From assembly GCF_964355755.1 (NCBI RefSeq), contig NC_092673.1, forward strand, positions 11,442,948-11,506,947: a DNA stretch of 64,000 nucleotides. Direction: 5' to 3'. The DNA is from Antedon mediterranea (lineage: Eukaryota; Animalia; Echinodermata). Shown here piece by piece: positions 11,470-25,633 of the stretch (position 1 is its first letter; every line of letters begins with the position of its first letter). Both the position numbers and the translations under genes were made by a program. Under the pieces are notes generated by a model that saw nothing but the letters and a program-made list of their open reading frames with translations, made no database searches and had not been told where the DNA came from.

Positions 11470-12915
11470 TAAGATAGGCCTAGCAATATTTGCTATGATG
11501 ATAGACGATTTTAGATTGACCGTAATCCTAGGCTGCTAGGGCCTAGGCATTAGGTACCTAGGCCTACTCCTAGTAGTAGCCTACTCTAGGTCTAGTAGGC
11601 CTAGTAGTAGGCTAGCTAGGCCTCTAGCCTAGCTAGGCTCTAGCCTAGTGCCTCCTAGGAATCGGAAATTTCAAGTTAAAAATCTAATGAATTTTACTAC
11701 CCTAACAATAATATAATACATATAAAATTACAACTTCGTTTCTATCGTATCAAGCATTGTTTTCTTACTTTAATTACAGTCGCCTTGAACTTTCTTTACA
11801 CAATTACAACACACACAGTACCAACAACCACATGCGCCATTTACAATTTTTTAAACGCCACACACATGCCCAGGTATAGTATGTAGTTGTTTTTTGATAA
11901 CAGAGAACTATCACTTATGCCATCCTCGTATATAATTAATTTCGTACGAAAAATACATTTAATTGATTTTATCATTAGATAGAGTATCATTCTTAGAATT
12001 AATTGTCAGTAATATATATAATTTTTTAAATGTTAGGGATATATTTTAAAATAACTATAAATAGATATATAATTACACAAACTCAAGATGTTCTTTTCTG
12101 CCTGAAACCTAGGCCGAGGAGGAGGCCTCCTCCTCCTCAGCTCTCTGCTCTCACTTCGTTCGTTTCGCTACCTGATCCGTACAGGCCTAGGCCTAGGCTA
12201 GACTGGATATTATGATTGCAAGCCAAAAAGGTAGATTTAGAAGCATATTTTATTGATTACCCATCATCAGTGTCACCCTTAAACAGATAGTTAAGCTATA
12301 TTTGTAGGTCATAGCTTATTTCAGACAATATTTTAGCCTCCAAAAAGGGCAGATTAGGCCTAGCTAGTAGAGGGCAGGCCTATAGCCTATAGGCTAGCCT
12401 AGTCTAGGCCTAGCTAGCTAGCTAGGGCCTAGGCCTAGTTAGGCTAGCATCTCTCTACTCTAGCTAATAGTTTAGGCCTAAAAACTAGGTAGGCCTAGTA
12501 CTACTAGGCCTACTGGCTAGCCTTGTCTAGCTAGGCCTAGAAATAGAAAGATCTAGCCTAGCTAGAGTAGTAGGCTAGGCTAGTAGGCCCACCTGGTTAG
12601 GCCCTACTAGGGAACTGGTAGGCTAGCTAGCTAGGCCTACTTACTAGCTAATAAGTAGCTAGGCCTAGGCTGCCTAACTAGCTAGCTCTATGTATTCTAG
12701 TTAGGGCCTAGACTAGTTTATTAGGCCTTAGTTTAGGCTGATTAGGCCTGCCTAGTCCTAGTTAAATAAATAGGCATATAACCAGGCTCAGTCTAAACAC
12801 TCTAGCTAGGCCTATCTATATGAGACCTGTGCTATTAATTATAGGACTAGGCCTAGGGCCTTGCTAGCTAGCCAGCAGAATGGTCTAGAGAGGCATAGGC
12901 CTAGCTAGGGATAGG
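11470..12915. promoter_or_regulatory. CTAG/TAGGCCTA-rich low-complexity tracts flanking a possible promoter/first-exon region
   Basis: Dense CTAG/AGGCCT tracts at ~11520-11660 and ~12350-12915. Between them lie outward-facing donor-like sites (minus GTAAGA at 11768, plus AAG|GTAGAT at 12231). Promoter function is inferred, not shown. Confidence 0.35.
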
Positions 12916-13334
12916 CTGGGGGGTCATAGACAGCCTATCTATATAAAATATTAGATAGGTAGGTAGGAGTATTAAGATTCATCAGTGTGTAAGTTGATTT
13001 CATTGCTAATGCCAAGGTATTAGGCCTGTTTATTTTCAGGTTGAAAGCAATGGATAAACAGAGATTCAATTCTACAACAAAAGAGACAAAAGTCAAACTC
13101 AAACTGATAATTAACAATGTTTCCAGTTAAATTAATGTTAATTATTTTAATAGATTGTAGTGACCCTAACTACCTTACTGTTTGTGTATGGCTGTAATAT
13201 TATATTAAATGTCATCACAATTAGTAAGGTTGTGAGGCTTCACAATTTCAAACAACTCTTCTTGTGTCTCTTCTTCATGTGGATGGATTAAAAAATACTG
13301 TGAGTATTGTACACTCTTTATATGAATATATCAT

Positions 13335-14925
13335 CAATCACAATATCAAATATGATCCGTGTAGTAACAATTTGATAACTTAGCATGCATCTTATAATAT
13401 CTACATCATCAATAATTAATATTAATATAAATCTACATCACAATGTTGGATATGATCTTTGTAGTCAAAATTTGATAACTGAGCACACATCTTTTAATAA
13501 CTACCTTATCAATAACTATTAATAATGTCCTATATCACAATGTAGGATATGATCAGTGTTAGTCATAATTTGATAACTGAGCACGCATCTTTTAATATCT
13601 ACCTCATCAATAATTAATATTAATATCATAATATATCACATTGTTCGATATGATCAGTGTAGTCAGAATTTGATAACTGAGCACGCATCTTTTAATATAT
13701 ACCTTATCAATGACTATTAATAATATCCTATATCACAATGTTGGATATGATTAGTGTAGTCATAATTTGATAACTGAGCACACATCTTTCAATATCTATT
13801 TCCTTCATCAATAATTATTATTAATAATTTATATCACATTGTTGGATATGATCATTGTAGTCATAATTTGATAACTGAGCACGCATCTTTTAATATCTAC
13901 CTCATCAATAATTAATATTAATAATCTATATCACATTGTTCGATATGATCAGTGTAGTCATAATTTAATAACAGCACGCATCTTTTAATATACCTTATCA
14001 ATAACTATTAATAATATCCTATATCACAATGTTGGATATGATCAGTGTAGTCATAATTTTATAACTGAGCACCCATCTTTCAATATCTATTTCATCAATA
14101 ATTATTATTAATAATCTATATCACATTGTTGGTTATGATCAGTGTAGTCATAATCTGATAACTGAGCAATAATCTTTTAATATCTACATCATCATTAATT
14201 AATATTAATAACCTATATCACATTGTTGGATATGATCTGTTTAGTTTTTTAATATATACCTTATCAATAACTATTAATAATATATTATATCACGTTGGAT
14301 ATGATCAGTGTAGTCAGAATTTGATAACTGAACACGCATCTTTTAATATCTACCTCATCAATAATTATTATTAATATCTTATATCACATTGTTCGATAAT
14401 GATCAGTGTAGTCAGAATTTGATAACTGAGCACGCATCTTTTAATATCTACCTCATCAATAATTAATATTAATAATCTATATCACATTGTTCGATATGAT
14501 CAGTGTAGTCATAATTTGATAACTGAGCACGCATCTTTTAATATCTACCTTTCAATAATTATTATTAATAATCTATATCACATTGTTGGATATGATCAGT
14601 GTAGTCAGAATTTGATAACTGAGCATGCATCTTTTAATATCTACCTCATCAATAATTAATATTAATAATCTATATTGCATTGTTCAATATGATCAGTGTA
14701 GTCATAATATGATAACTGAGCATGCATCTTTTAATATCTACCTTATCAATGACTATTAATAATATCCTATATCACAATGTTGGATATGATCAGTGTAGTC
14801 ATAATTTGATAACTGAGCACGCATCTTTCAATATCTATTTCATCAATAATTATTATTAATAATTTATATCACATTGTTGGATATGATCATTGTAGTCATA
14901 ATTTGATAACTGAGCATACATCTTT
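13335..14925 (+). repeat. 97-bp satellite array, forward orientation, ~16 copies
   Basis: Unit TTTTAATATCTACCTCATCAATAATTATTATTAATAATCTATATCACATTGTTGGATATGATCAGTGTAGTCATAATTTGATAACTGAGCACGCATC. Confidence 0.95.
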
Positions 14926-16721
14926 AGAATTACTTTTATTTAAGTATATAAAAGAATAATCTATAATTTACAATGTTTTATATATTGTGAATTCATCAGA
15001 TATTATCTATTGAACTGATATGGTTTTGTTTATTACAGCATAGTACATACAGCACTTTATGTTATGTTATTTATTTATTACTAGCAATTATACCCGCCCC
15101 AGGGCGGGTTTCAAAATTAGTTTACAGCCTTCTCAGTACATAACACCCGACGCCAGTATCTGTCTATACTCACCAACATCCACCCCTCAATAACACCCCA
15201 TACTCTTTCTTAAAAACAAAATCTTCCCAGTGATGGACAAATTCAATTCAACCTAAGCTTCGAATTGAGAGGAGTATTCATAACTACGATGGGTCTAATA
15301 ATGGTTGTAGTACGTTGTAAATTGTGTAAATGAATAGGTGTCATATTGGCTGATAATTAAAATTTGTAATTTAGATACTGCGGGCACCCAGCCTTCTTTC
15401 TCCTTTCACCACCCCAGCCACTATCAACAAACCTTAACTCCTCCCCTGGACAGTTCAAATTTAGTAACTTTTCCTAGTACAATCCAATCATATAGGCTAC
15501 TTCATTACGCTAGTATTTTCGCTCCTCCTCCCCCTACAAAAAACACACCCCAGATACACTGGGTGATCTGTTGAAGCCGGTTCCAGTACAATTTATATTA
15601 TCACTCCCAACCCATAATCCCTCAGTGGCAGTTTTCAAATGTAGTTTAAAACATTCCAAATACAGTTTCGGTCATGGTGATAGGCCTACATGTACATCCC
15701 CACCCCAAACTCCCATCCGCTTCCCAGGGATGATTAAATACTTTAAAAGTTTCCAACCACAATTCTGGTGTAAGCAAAATCCCCACTCTCTCCTGAAACC
15801 AAACTCCCAAACCCTATCTCCCAACCCCACTCTCCCACAATGTACGTTTTTTTCCTTGGAGGATTGGTGATGTAGTTGAACACAGTAACAGTAAACAACA
15901 TGTGTATGTTCACACAGGTATGGATGTCTGTAATGAGGCAATCCAAGAGACCAATAAATAGCTGGATATGGTTAAAGTACTTTGCTAAATGTGTAATTGA
16001 ATAGGTGTCATATTGTTTAATGAATAAAATATGTATATCTATATCTATATTTCCCCAAACGCCTTGCTGAGGATAATTCAAATACTGTAAAACTTTTGTA
16101 GTATAATTTTACAATTCGATAGCCTACAACCCCGAGCCCTAGCAAAAATGACATCACAAACCACCACACAACCACCCCCCCCCCCCCCACCCATTCCACA
16201 AAAACCCCAGGAGTCGGGGGAATTTTTTTAAATGTAGTTTAAAACCTTCCGGGTACAATTGCCATCATTTTGATACCCCATACGTATGGTTACGTGCAGA
16301 CACAGAAATTTTTATAACGAACAAACATCGAAAGTGGGGGTTTTGACCACATTTTGGTCCCTAACTTGGATCCTAGGTGGCGGATGATGTTGAAATATAG
16401 CTTAGAACATTCCCGGTACAATTGCGGTCATTTTGATACCCCATATGTAAGATTATGTGCAGTAACAAAATTTTGTATAACGAACAAACAGACAAACAAA
16501 CAAACAGACAAACTCTCTCACTTATAATATAGATTCAACATTTTTTGTTTGGTTTTTGACGTTATCAAATTTTTATTTTCTTTTAAGTTCTGTTATTCAT
16601 TTGTTAATTTCGTAGCTTAAGTTAGTTTAAGATAAAAGGTACCAAGCTTGATTAGCTTTGGCTATACCTTGGCTACCTTTTGTATTGAAATTGTTTTTGT
16701 TTGATACAATAAAGAAGAAGA
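14926..16721 (+). mobile_element. Probable LINE 3' tail inserted in the 97-bp array, itself split by a Helitron
   Basis: The array breaks at CATCTTT and resumes in register at AATATCTACCT. The insert ends AATAAA-GAAGAAGAA. Confidence 0.5.
15081..16533 (-). mobile_element. Non-autonomous Helitron
   Basis: The minus strand starts A|TCTATATTATAAG followed by a (GTTT/GTCT)n tract. It ends with the hairpin ACCCGCCC-TG-GGGCGGGT then CTAG|T, with no TSD. Confidence 0.85.
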
Positions 16722-17345
16722 ATATCTACCTCATTAATAATTAATATTAATAATCTATATTACACTGTTGGATATGATCTGTTTGGTTTTTTAATATCTA
16801 CCTTATCAATAACTATTAATAATATCCTATATCACAATGTTGGATATGATCAGTGTAGTCATAGTTTGATAACTGAGCATGCATCTTTTAATATCTACCT
16901 CATCAATAATTATTATTAATAATCTATATCACAATGTTGGATATGATTAGTGTAGTCATAATTTGATAACTGAGCATGCATCTTTCAATATCTATTTCAT
17001 CAATAATTATTATTAATAATCTATATCACATAGTTGGATATGATCAGTGTAGTCATAAATTGATAACTGAGCAAAAATCTTTTAATATCTGCATCATCAT
17101 TAATTAATATTAATAATCTATATCAAACTGTTGGATATGATCTGTTTAGTTTTTTAATATCTATCTTTTCCATAACTATTAATAATATTCTATATCACAA
17201 TTTTGGATATGATCAGTGTAATCATAGTTTGAACTACCTCAACAATAATTAATATTAATTGTCTATATACCATCAAATATGATCAGTGTAGGCCTAGTCA
17301 TTTGATAACTGAGCATGCATCATTTTATATCTGCTTCAAATATTA
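16722..17345 (+). repeat. Continuation of the 97-bp satellite, ~6 copies
   Basis: Same unit as 13335-14925. Confidence 0.9.
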
Positions 17346-20300
17346 ATATTGTCTTAATATAATAAGTGGTTTGAAGGATGATTGCAGATGGCCTTTTTTG
17401 CATTGTAAAGTTCAATTTATCCAAAAGGTCAAACTTTGACCTATTTCAATAAAATCATTTCATAAGTTGTCTTCTTTTATAGTTTTAGTGATAATCAATA
17501 TTAAGTGGTTTTTTACCCCAAAAATGTCAAACCTAGAGCTATTTAATAATAAAATGATTTTATAAATTGTCTTCTTTTATATTTCTAGTAGTGGTATAAT
17601 CAGTATTCAATTGTTTGAATGATGTTTGTGGGGTATTTTTTAATTAAGTTTACGCAGTTTAGATGGTAAAATCTGTCAATTATCCAAAATTGACATTTTT
17701 CACTCCTAAAAAAATCTTAGAGCCATTTCAATAAAATTATTTCATAAATTGTCCTCTTTTTATGGTTCTAATAATGATATAATCAAAGTGGTTTGGATGA
17801 TGTTTGTGGGGTGTTTTTTAAAAGTTTGCACAGTTTACATGGTAAAATGTGTCAATTTATTCCTAGAGCTATTTCAATAAAATTATTTCATAATCACCCC
17901 AAAAATGTCAAACCTAGAACTATTTTAATAAAATGATTTCATAAATTGTCTTCTTTTATAGTTCTAGTAGTGGTATAATCAGTATTCAATTGTTTGAATG
18001 ATGTTTGTGGGGTATTTTTTAATTAAGTTTACGCAGTTTACATGGTAAAATCTGTCAATTATCCAAAATTGACATTTTTCACTCCTAAAAAAATCTTAGA
18101 GCCATTTCAATAAAATTATTTCATAAATTGTCCTCTTTTATAGTTCTAATAATGATATAATCAATATTAAGTGGTTTGGATGATGTTTGTGGGGTGTTTT
18201 TTAAAAGTTTGCACAGTTTACATGGTAAAATGTGTCAATTTATACCTAGAACTATTTTAATAAAATGATTTCATAAATTGTCCTCTTTTATAGTTCTAGT
18301 AGTGGTATAATCAATATTAAGTTGTTTGGATGATGTTTGTGGGGTGTTTTTTTTAAAGTTTGCACAGTTTACATGGTAAAATCTGTCAATTTATCCAAAG
18401 TTTACATTTTTCACCCTAAAAAATCAAACCTAGAGCTATTTCAATGAAATTATTTCATAAATTGTCCTCTTTTATAGTTCTTGTAGTGGTATAATCAATA
18501 TTAAGTTGTTTGGATGATGTTTGTGGGTGTTTTTTTAAAGTTTGCATTAAGTTTACGCAGTTTAAATGGTAAAATCTGTAAATTTATCCAAAATTGACAT
18601 TTTTCACCCTAAAAAGTCAAACTTCAGAGCTATTTCAATAAATTGATTTCAAAAATTCTCTTTTTTTACAGTTCTAGTAGTGATATAATCAATATTAAGT
18701 TGTTTGAATGATGTTTGTGGGGTGTTTTTGTTAAGTTAGCATTAAGTTTACGCAGTTTACATGGCAAAATCTGTAAATTTATCCAAAATTGACATTTTTT
18801 ACCCTAAAAATTCAAACCAGAGCTATTTCAATAAAATTATTTCATAAATTGTCCTCTTTTATAGTTCTAGTAGTGGTATAATCAATATTAAGTTGTTTGG
18901 ATGATGTTTGTGGGTGTTTTTTAAAAGTTTGCATTAAGTTTACGCAGTTTACATGGTAAAATCTGTAAATTTATCCAAAATTGACATTTTTTACCCTAAA
19001 AATTCAAACCTAGAGCTATTTCAATAAAATTATTTCATAAATTGTCCTCTTTTATAGTTCTAGTAGTGGTATACTCAATATTAAGTGGTTTGGATGATGT
19101 TTGTGGGGTGTTTTTTTAAAGTTTGCACAGTTTACATGGCAAAATCTGTAAATTTATCCAAAATTGACATCTTTTACCCTAAAAATTCAAACCTAGAGCT
19201 ATTTCAATAAAATTATTTCATAAATTGTCCTCTTTTATAGTTCTTGTAGTGGTATAATCAATATTAAGTGGTTTGGATGATGTTTGTGGGTGTTTTTTTA
19301 AAGTTTGCATTAAGTTTACGCTGTTTAAATGGTAAAATCTGTAAATTTATCCAAAATTTACATTTTTCACCCTAAAAAGTCAAACTTAGAGCTATTTCAA
19401 TAAATTGATTTCATAAATTGTCTTCTTTTATAGTTCTAGTAGTGGTATAATCAATATTAAGTTGTTTGGATGATGTTTGTGGGGTGTTTTTGTTAAGTTA
19501 GCATTAAGTTTACGCAGTTTACATGGTAAAATCTGTAAATTTATCCAAAATTGACATTTTTCACCCTAAAAAGTCAAACTTAGAGCTATTTCAATAAATT
19601 GATTTCAAAAATTCTCTTTTTTTACAGTTCTAGTAGTGATATAATCAATATTAAGTTGTTTGAATGATGTTTGTGGGGTGTTTTTGTTAAGTTAGCATTA
19701 AGTTTATGCAGTTTACATGGCAAAATCTGTAAATTTATCCAAAATTGACATTTTTTACCCTAAAAATTCAAACCTAGAGCTATTTCAATAAAATTATTTC
19801 ATAAATTGTCCTCTTTTATAGTTCTAGTAGTGGTATACTCAATATTAAGTGGTTTGGATGATGTTTGTGGGGTGTTTTTTTAAAGTTTGCACAGTTTACA
19901 TGGCAAAATCTGTAAATTTATCCAAAATTGACATCTTTTACCCTAAAAATTCAAACCTAGAGCTATTTCAATAAAATTATTTCATAAATTGTCCTCTTTT
20001 ATAGTTCTTGTAGTGGTATAATCAATATTAAGTGGTTTGGATGATGTTTGTGGGTGTTTTTTTAAAGTTTGCATTAAGTTTACGCTGTTTAAATGGTAAA
20101 ATCTGTAAATTTATCCAAAATTGACATTTTTCACCCTAAAAAGTCAAACTTAGAGCTATTTCAATAAATTGATTTCATAAATTGTCCTCTTTTATAGTTC
20201 TAGTAGTGGTATAATCAATATTAAGTTGTTTGGATGATGTTTGTGGGGTGTTTTTGTTAAGTTAGCATTAAGTTTACGCAGTTTACATGGTAAAATCTGT

Positions 20301-21090
20301 AAATTTATCCAAAATTGACATTTTTCACCCTAAAAAGTCAAACTTAGAGCTATTTCAATAAATTGATTTCAAAAATTCTCTTCTTTTACAGTTCTAGTAG
20401 TGATATAATCAATATTAAGTTGTTTGAATGATGTTTGTGGGGTGTTTTTGTTAAGTTAGCATTAAGTTTACGCAGTTTACATGGCAAAATCTGTAAATTT
20501 ATCCAAAATTGACATTTTTTACCCTAAAAATTCAAACCAGAGCTATTTCAATAAAATTATTTCATAAATTGTCCTCTTTTATAGTTCTAGTAGTGGTATA
20601 ATCAATATTAAGTTGTTTGGATGATGTTTGTGGGTGTTTTTTAAAAGTTTGCATTAAGTTTACGCAGTTTACATGGTAAAATCTGTAAATTTATCCAAAA
20701 TTGACATTTTTTACCCTAAAAATTCAAACCTAGAGCTATTTCAATAAAATTATTTCATAAATTGTCCTCTTTTATAGTTCTAGTAGTGGTATACTCAATA
20801 TTAAGTGGTTTGGATGATGTTTGTGGGGTGTTTTTTTAAAGTTTGCACAGTTTACATGGCAAAATCTGTAAATTTATCCAAAATTGACATCTTTTACCCT
20901 AAAAATTCAAACCTAGAGCTATTTCAATGAAATTATTTCATAAATTGTCCTCTTTTATAGTTCTTGTAGTGGTATAATCAATATTAAGTTGTTTGGATGA
21001 TGTTTGTGGGTGTTTTTTTAAAGTTAGCATTAAGTTTACGCAGTTTAAATAGTAAAATCTGTAAATTTATCCAAAATTGACATTTTAAAA
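17345..21090. repeat. ~182-194 bp satellite array, ~20 copies
   Basis: AGAGCTATTTCAATAAA recurs at ~18432, 18626, 18819, 19012, 19194, 19388, 19582, 19776 and onward. The left copies are more diverged. Confidence 0.95.
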
Positions 21091-21765
21091 CACAAACTAG
21101 GTTGTAAAAAGTGAAGGAAATCATTACATTTTAATATTGTTTGGTAATAAAGATGCCTATCATAGTCAAATGGCAATAACTGATTAGCCGAGACCAATGA
21201 CATTTAAAACAACTCCTACTTAAAATTCCCTACTTATACAGTACAGCAGCTTTTTGATTGGCTGCAAGTTTAGTTTTCTGTTCGTTCATCAGAAATGGTA
21301 TAAATAATTATTAATCAATAAGATTACTGGATTTCTTTAGTATTTCTGACACATTTCAAATCTTAATTGAATTATTAATGTAATGGAAATTTGTCATAGG
21401 CCTATTATAGCAACATATCATTTCTGGAAGAGTATTACGGTCTGAATAGATCGATGTTAAAACACACGTCCTCATTTATCAAATTATTCATTCACTGCAC
21501 ATTTATTCTGTTAAGAAGAACTGGGACCCTCAATAGAAGCCAAAGCATGTCTCATGATGGCCCCTACAATACATATCAAACATAAAAAGATATGGAATAT
21601 TTTTATTTTTACAACGGCACACGTTCATCATAAACGATGCGTTCTTAAAAGTATAAATTTAAACAGCAAACGGATACAAATCAATAGGGTAATTAGGAAC
21701 AAAAGAATAACACATTTTCAAAATCCATCGACTCGATTTCTTGTATACAGTAAATCTAACAAAAT

Positions 21766-24700
21766 CACACTGATCATATCCAACATTAAGTATTAATAAT
21801 TATTATTGATTAGGTAGATATTAAAAGATGCGTTATAACAAATTATGAATATACAGATCATATCCAACAATGTGACATAGATTATTAATAATAATTATTG
21901 ATGAGGTAGATATTTAAAGATGCGTGCTCAGTTATCAAATTATGACTACACTGATTATATCCAACAGTGTGATGTAGAGTATTAATAATATTATTGATGA
22001 AATAGATATTAAAAGATGCGTGCTCAGTTATCAAATTCTGACTACACTGATCATATCCAACAATGTGATATAAGATATTAATAACAATTATTGATGAGGT
22101 AGATATTGAAAGATGCGTGCTCAGTTATCAAATTCTGACTACACTGATCATATCCAACAATGTGATATAAGATATTAATAATAATTATTGATGAGGTAGA
22201 TATTAAAAGATGCGTGCTCAGTTATCAAATTATGACTACACTGATCATATCCCACAATGTGATATAGATTATTATTAATAATTATTGATGATGTAGATAT
22301 TTAAAGATGCGTGCTCAGTTATCAAATTCTGACTACACTAATCGTATCCAACATTGTGATATAAGATCTTAATAATAATTATTGATGAGGTAGATATTTA
22401 AAGATGCGTGCTCAGTTATCAAATTATGACTACACTGATCATATCCCACAATGTGATATAGATTATTATTAATAATTATTGATGATGTAGATATTTAAAG
22501 ATGCGTGCTCAGTTATCAAATTATGACTACACTGATCATATCAAACAATGTGATATAAGATATTAATAATAATTATTGATGATGTAGATATTGAAAGATG
22601 CGTGCTCAGTTATCAAATTATGACTACACTAATCATATCCCAAAATGTGATATAGATTATTATTAATAATTATTGATGATGTAGATATTTAAAGATGCGT
22701 GCTCAGTTATCAAATTATGACTACACTGATTATATCCAACAATGTGATATAGATTATTAATAATAATTATTGATGAGGTAGATATTTAAAGATGCGTGCT
22801 CAGTTATCAAATTATGACTACACTGATCATATCCAACAATGTGATTTAGATTATTAACATTAATCATTGATGAGGTAGATATTAAAAGATGCGTGCTCAG
22901 TTATCAAATTATGACTACACTGATCATATCAAACAATGTGCTATAGATTATTAATAATAATTATTGATGAGGTAGATATTAAAAGATGCGTGCTCAGTTA
23001 TCAAATTCTGACTACACTGATCATATCAAACAATGTGCTATAGATTATTAATAATAATTATTGATGAGGTAGATATTTAAAGATGCGTGCTCAGTTATCA
23101 AATTATGACTACACTGATCATATCAAACAATGTGCTATAGATTATTAATAATAATTATTGATGAGGTAGATATTAAAAGATGCGTGCTCAGTTATCAAAT
23201 TCTGACTACACTGATCATATCCAACAATGTGATATAAGATATTAATAATTATTATTGATTAGGTAGATATTAAAAGATGCGTTATAACAAATTATGAATA
23301 TACAGATCATATCCAACAATGTGACATAGATTATTAATAATAATTATTGATGAGGTAGATATTTAAAGATGCGTGCTCAGTTATCAAATTATGACTACAC
23401 TGATTATATCCAACAGTGTGATGTAGAGTATTAATAATATTATTGATGAAATAGATATTAAAAGATGCGTGCTCAGTTATCAAATTCTGACTACACTGAT
23501 CATATCCAACAATGTGATATAAGATATTAATAACAATTATTGATGAGGTAGATATTGAAAGATGCGTGCTCAGTTATCAAATTCTGACTACACTGATCAT
23601 ATCCAACAATGTGATATAAGATATTAATAATAATTATTGATGAGGTAGATATTAAAAGATGCGTGCTCAGTTATCAAATTATGACTACACTGATCATATC
23701 CCACAATGTGATATAGATTATTATTAATAATTATTGATGATGTAGATATTTAAAGATGCGTGCTCAGTTATCAAATTCTGACTACACTGATCATATCAAA
23801 CAATGTGCTATAGATTATTAATAATAATTATTGATGAGGTAGATATTTAAAGATGCGTGCTCAGTTATCAAATTATGACTACACTGATCATATCAAACAA
23901 TGTGCTATAGATTATTAATAATAATTATTGATGAGGTAGATATTAAAAGATGCGTGCTCAGTTATCAAATTCTGACTACACTGATCATATCCAACAATGT
24001 GATATAAGATATTAATAATAATTATTGATGAGGTAGATATTAAAAGATGCGTGCTCAGTTATCAAATTCTGACTACACTGATCATATCGAACAATGTGAT
24101 ATATGATATTATTAATAATTATTGATTAGGTGGATATTTAAAGATGCGTGCTCAGTTATCAAATTATGACTACACTGATCATATCCAAAAATGTGATATA
24201 GATTATTATTAATAATTATTGATGATGTAGATATTTAAAGATGCGTGCTCAGTTATCAAATTATGACTACACTGATCATATCAAACAATGTGCTATAGAT
24301 TATTAATAATAATTATTGATGAGGTAGATATTAAAAGATGCGTGCTCAGTTATCAAATTATGACTACACTGATTATATCCAACAATGTGATATAGATTAT
24401 TAATAATAATTATTGATGAGGTAAGATATTTAAAGATGCGTGCTCAGTTATCAAATTCTGACTACACTGATCATATCCAACAATGTGATATAAGATATTA
24501 ATAATAATTATTGATGAGGTAGATATTAAAAGATGCGTGCTCAGTTATCAAATTATGACTACACTGATCATATCCCAAAATGTGATATAGATTATTATTA
24601 ATAATTATTGATGATGTAGATATTTAAAGATGCGTGCTCAGTTATCAAATTATGACTACACTGATCATATCCAACAATGTGATATAAGATATTAATAATA

Positions 24701-25633
24701 ATTATTGATGAGGTAGATATTAAAAGATGCGTGCTCAGTAATCAAATTATGACTACACTGATCATATCCAACAATGTGATTTAGATTATTAACATTAATT
24801 ATTGATGAGGTAGATATTAAAAGGTGCGTGCTCAGTTATCAAATTATGACTACAATGATCATATCAAACAATGTGCTATAGATTATTAATAATAATTATT
24901 GATGAGGTAAACATTTAAAGATGCGTGCTCAGTTATCAAATTATGACTACACTGATCATATCCAACAATGTGATATAAGATATTAATAATAATTATTGAT
25001 GAGGTAGATATTAAAAGATGCGTGCTCAGTTATCAAATTCTGACTACACTGATCATATCGCACAATGTGATATATTAGTAATAATTATTGATGAGGTAGA
25101 TATTAAAAGATGCGTGCTCAGTTATCAAATTTTGACTACACTGATTATATCGAACAATGTGATATAGATTATTAATAATAATTATTGATGAGGTAGATAT
25201 TAAAAGATGCGTGCTCAGTTATCAAATTCTGACTACACTGATCATATCGCACAATGTGATATAGATTATTAGTAATAATTATTGATGAGGTAGATATTAA
25301 AAGATGCGTGCTCAGTTATCAAATTTTGACTACACTGATTATATCGAACAATGTGATATAGATTATTAATAATAATTATTGATGAGGTAGATATTAAAAG
25401 ATGCGTGCTCAGTTATCAAATTATGACTACACTGATCATATCCAACAATCTGATATATGATATCAATGCTAATTATTGATGAGGTAGATATTAAAAGATG
25501 CGTGCTCAGTTATCAAATTGTAACTACACTGATCATATCCAACAATCTGATATATGATATCAATGCTAATTATTGATGAGGTAGATATTAAAAGATGCGT
25601 GCTCAGTTATCAAATTGTAACTACACTGATCAT
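21766..25633 (-). repeat. 97-bp satellite array, inverted relative to 13335-17345, ~40 copies
   Basis: TGCGTGCTCAGTTATCAAAT at 21921, 22017, 22114 and onward (period 96-97); reverse complement of the upstream array unit. Confidence 0.95.

Noticed and set aside
13335-25633. Arrays as possible CRISPR loci
   Set aside because: The monomers are head-to-tail with no variable spacers; this is satellite DNA.
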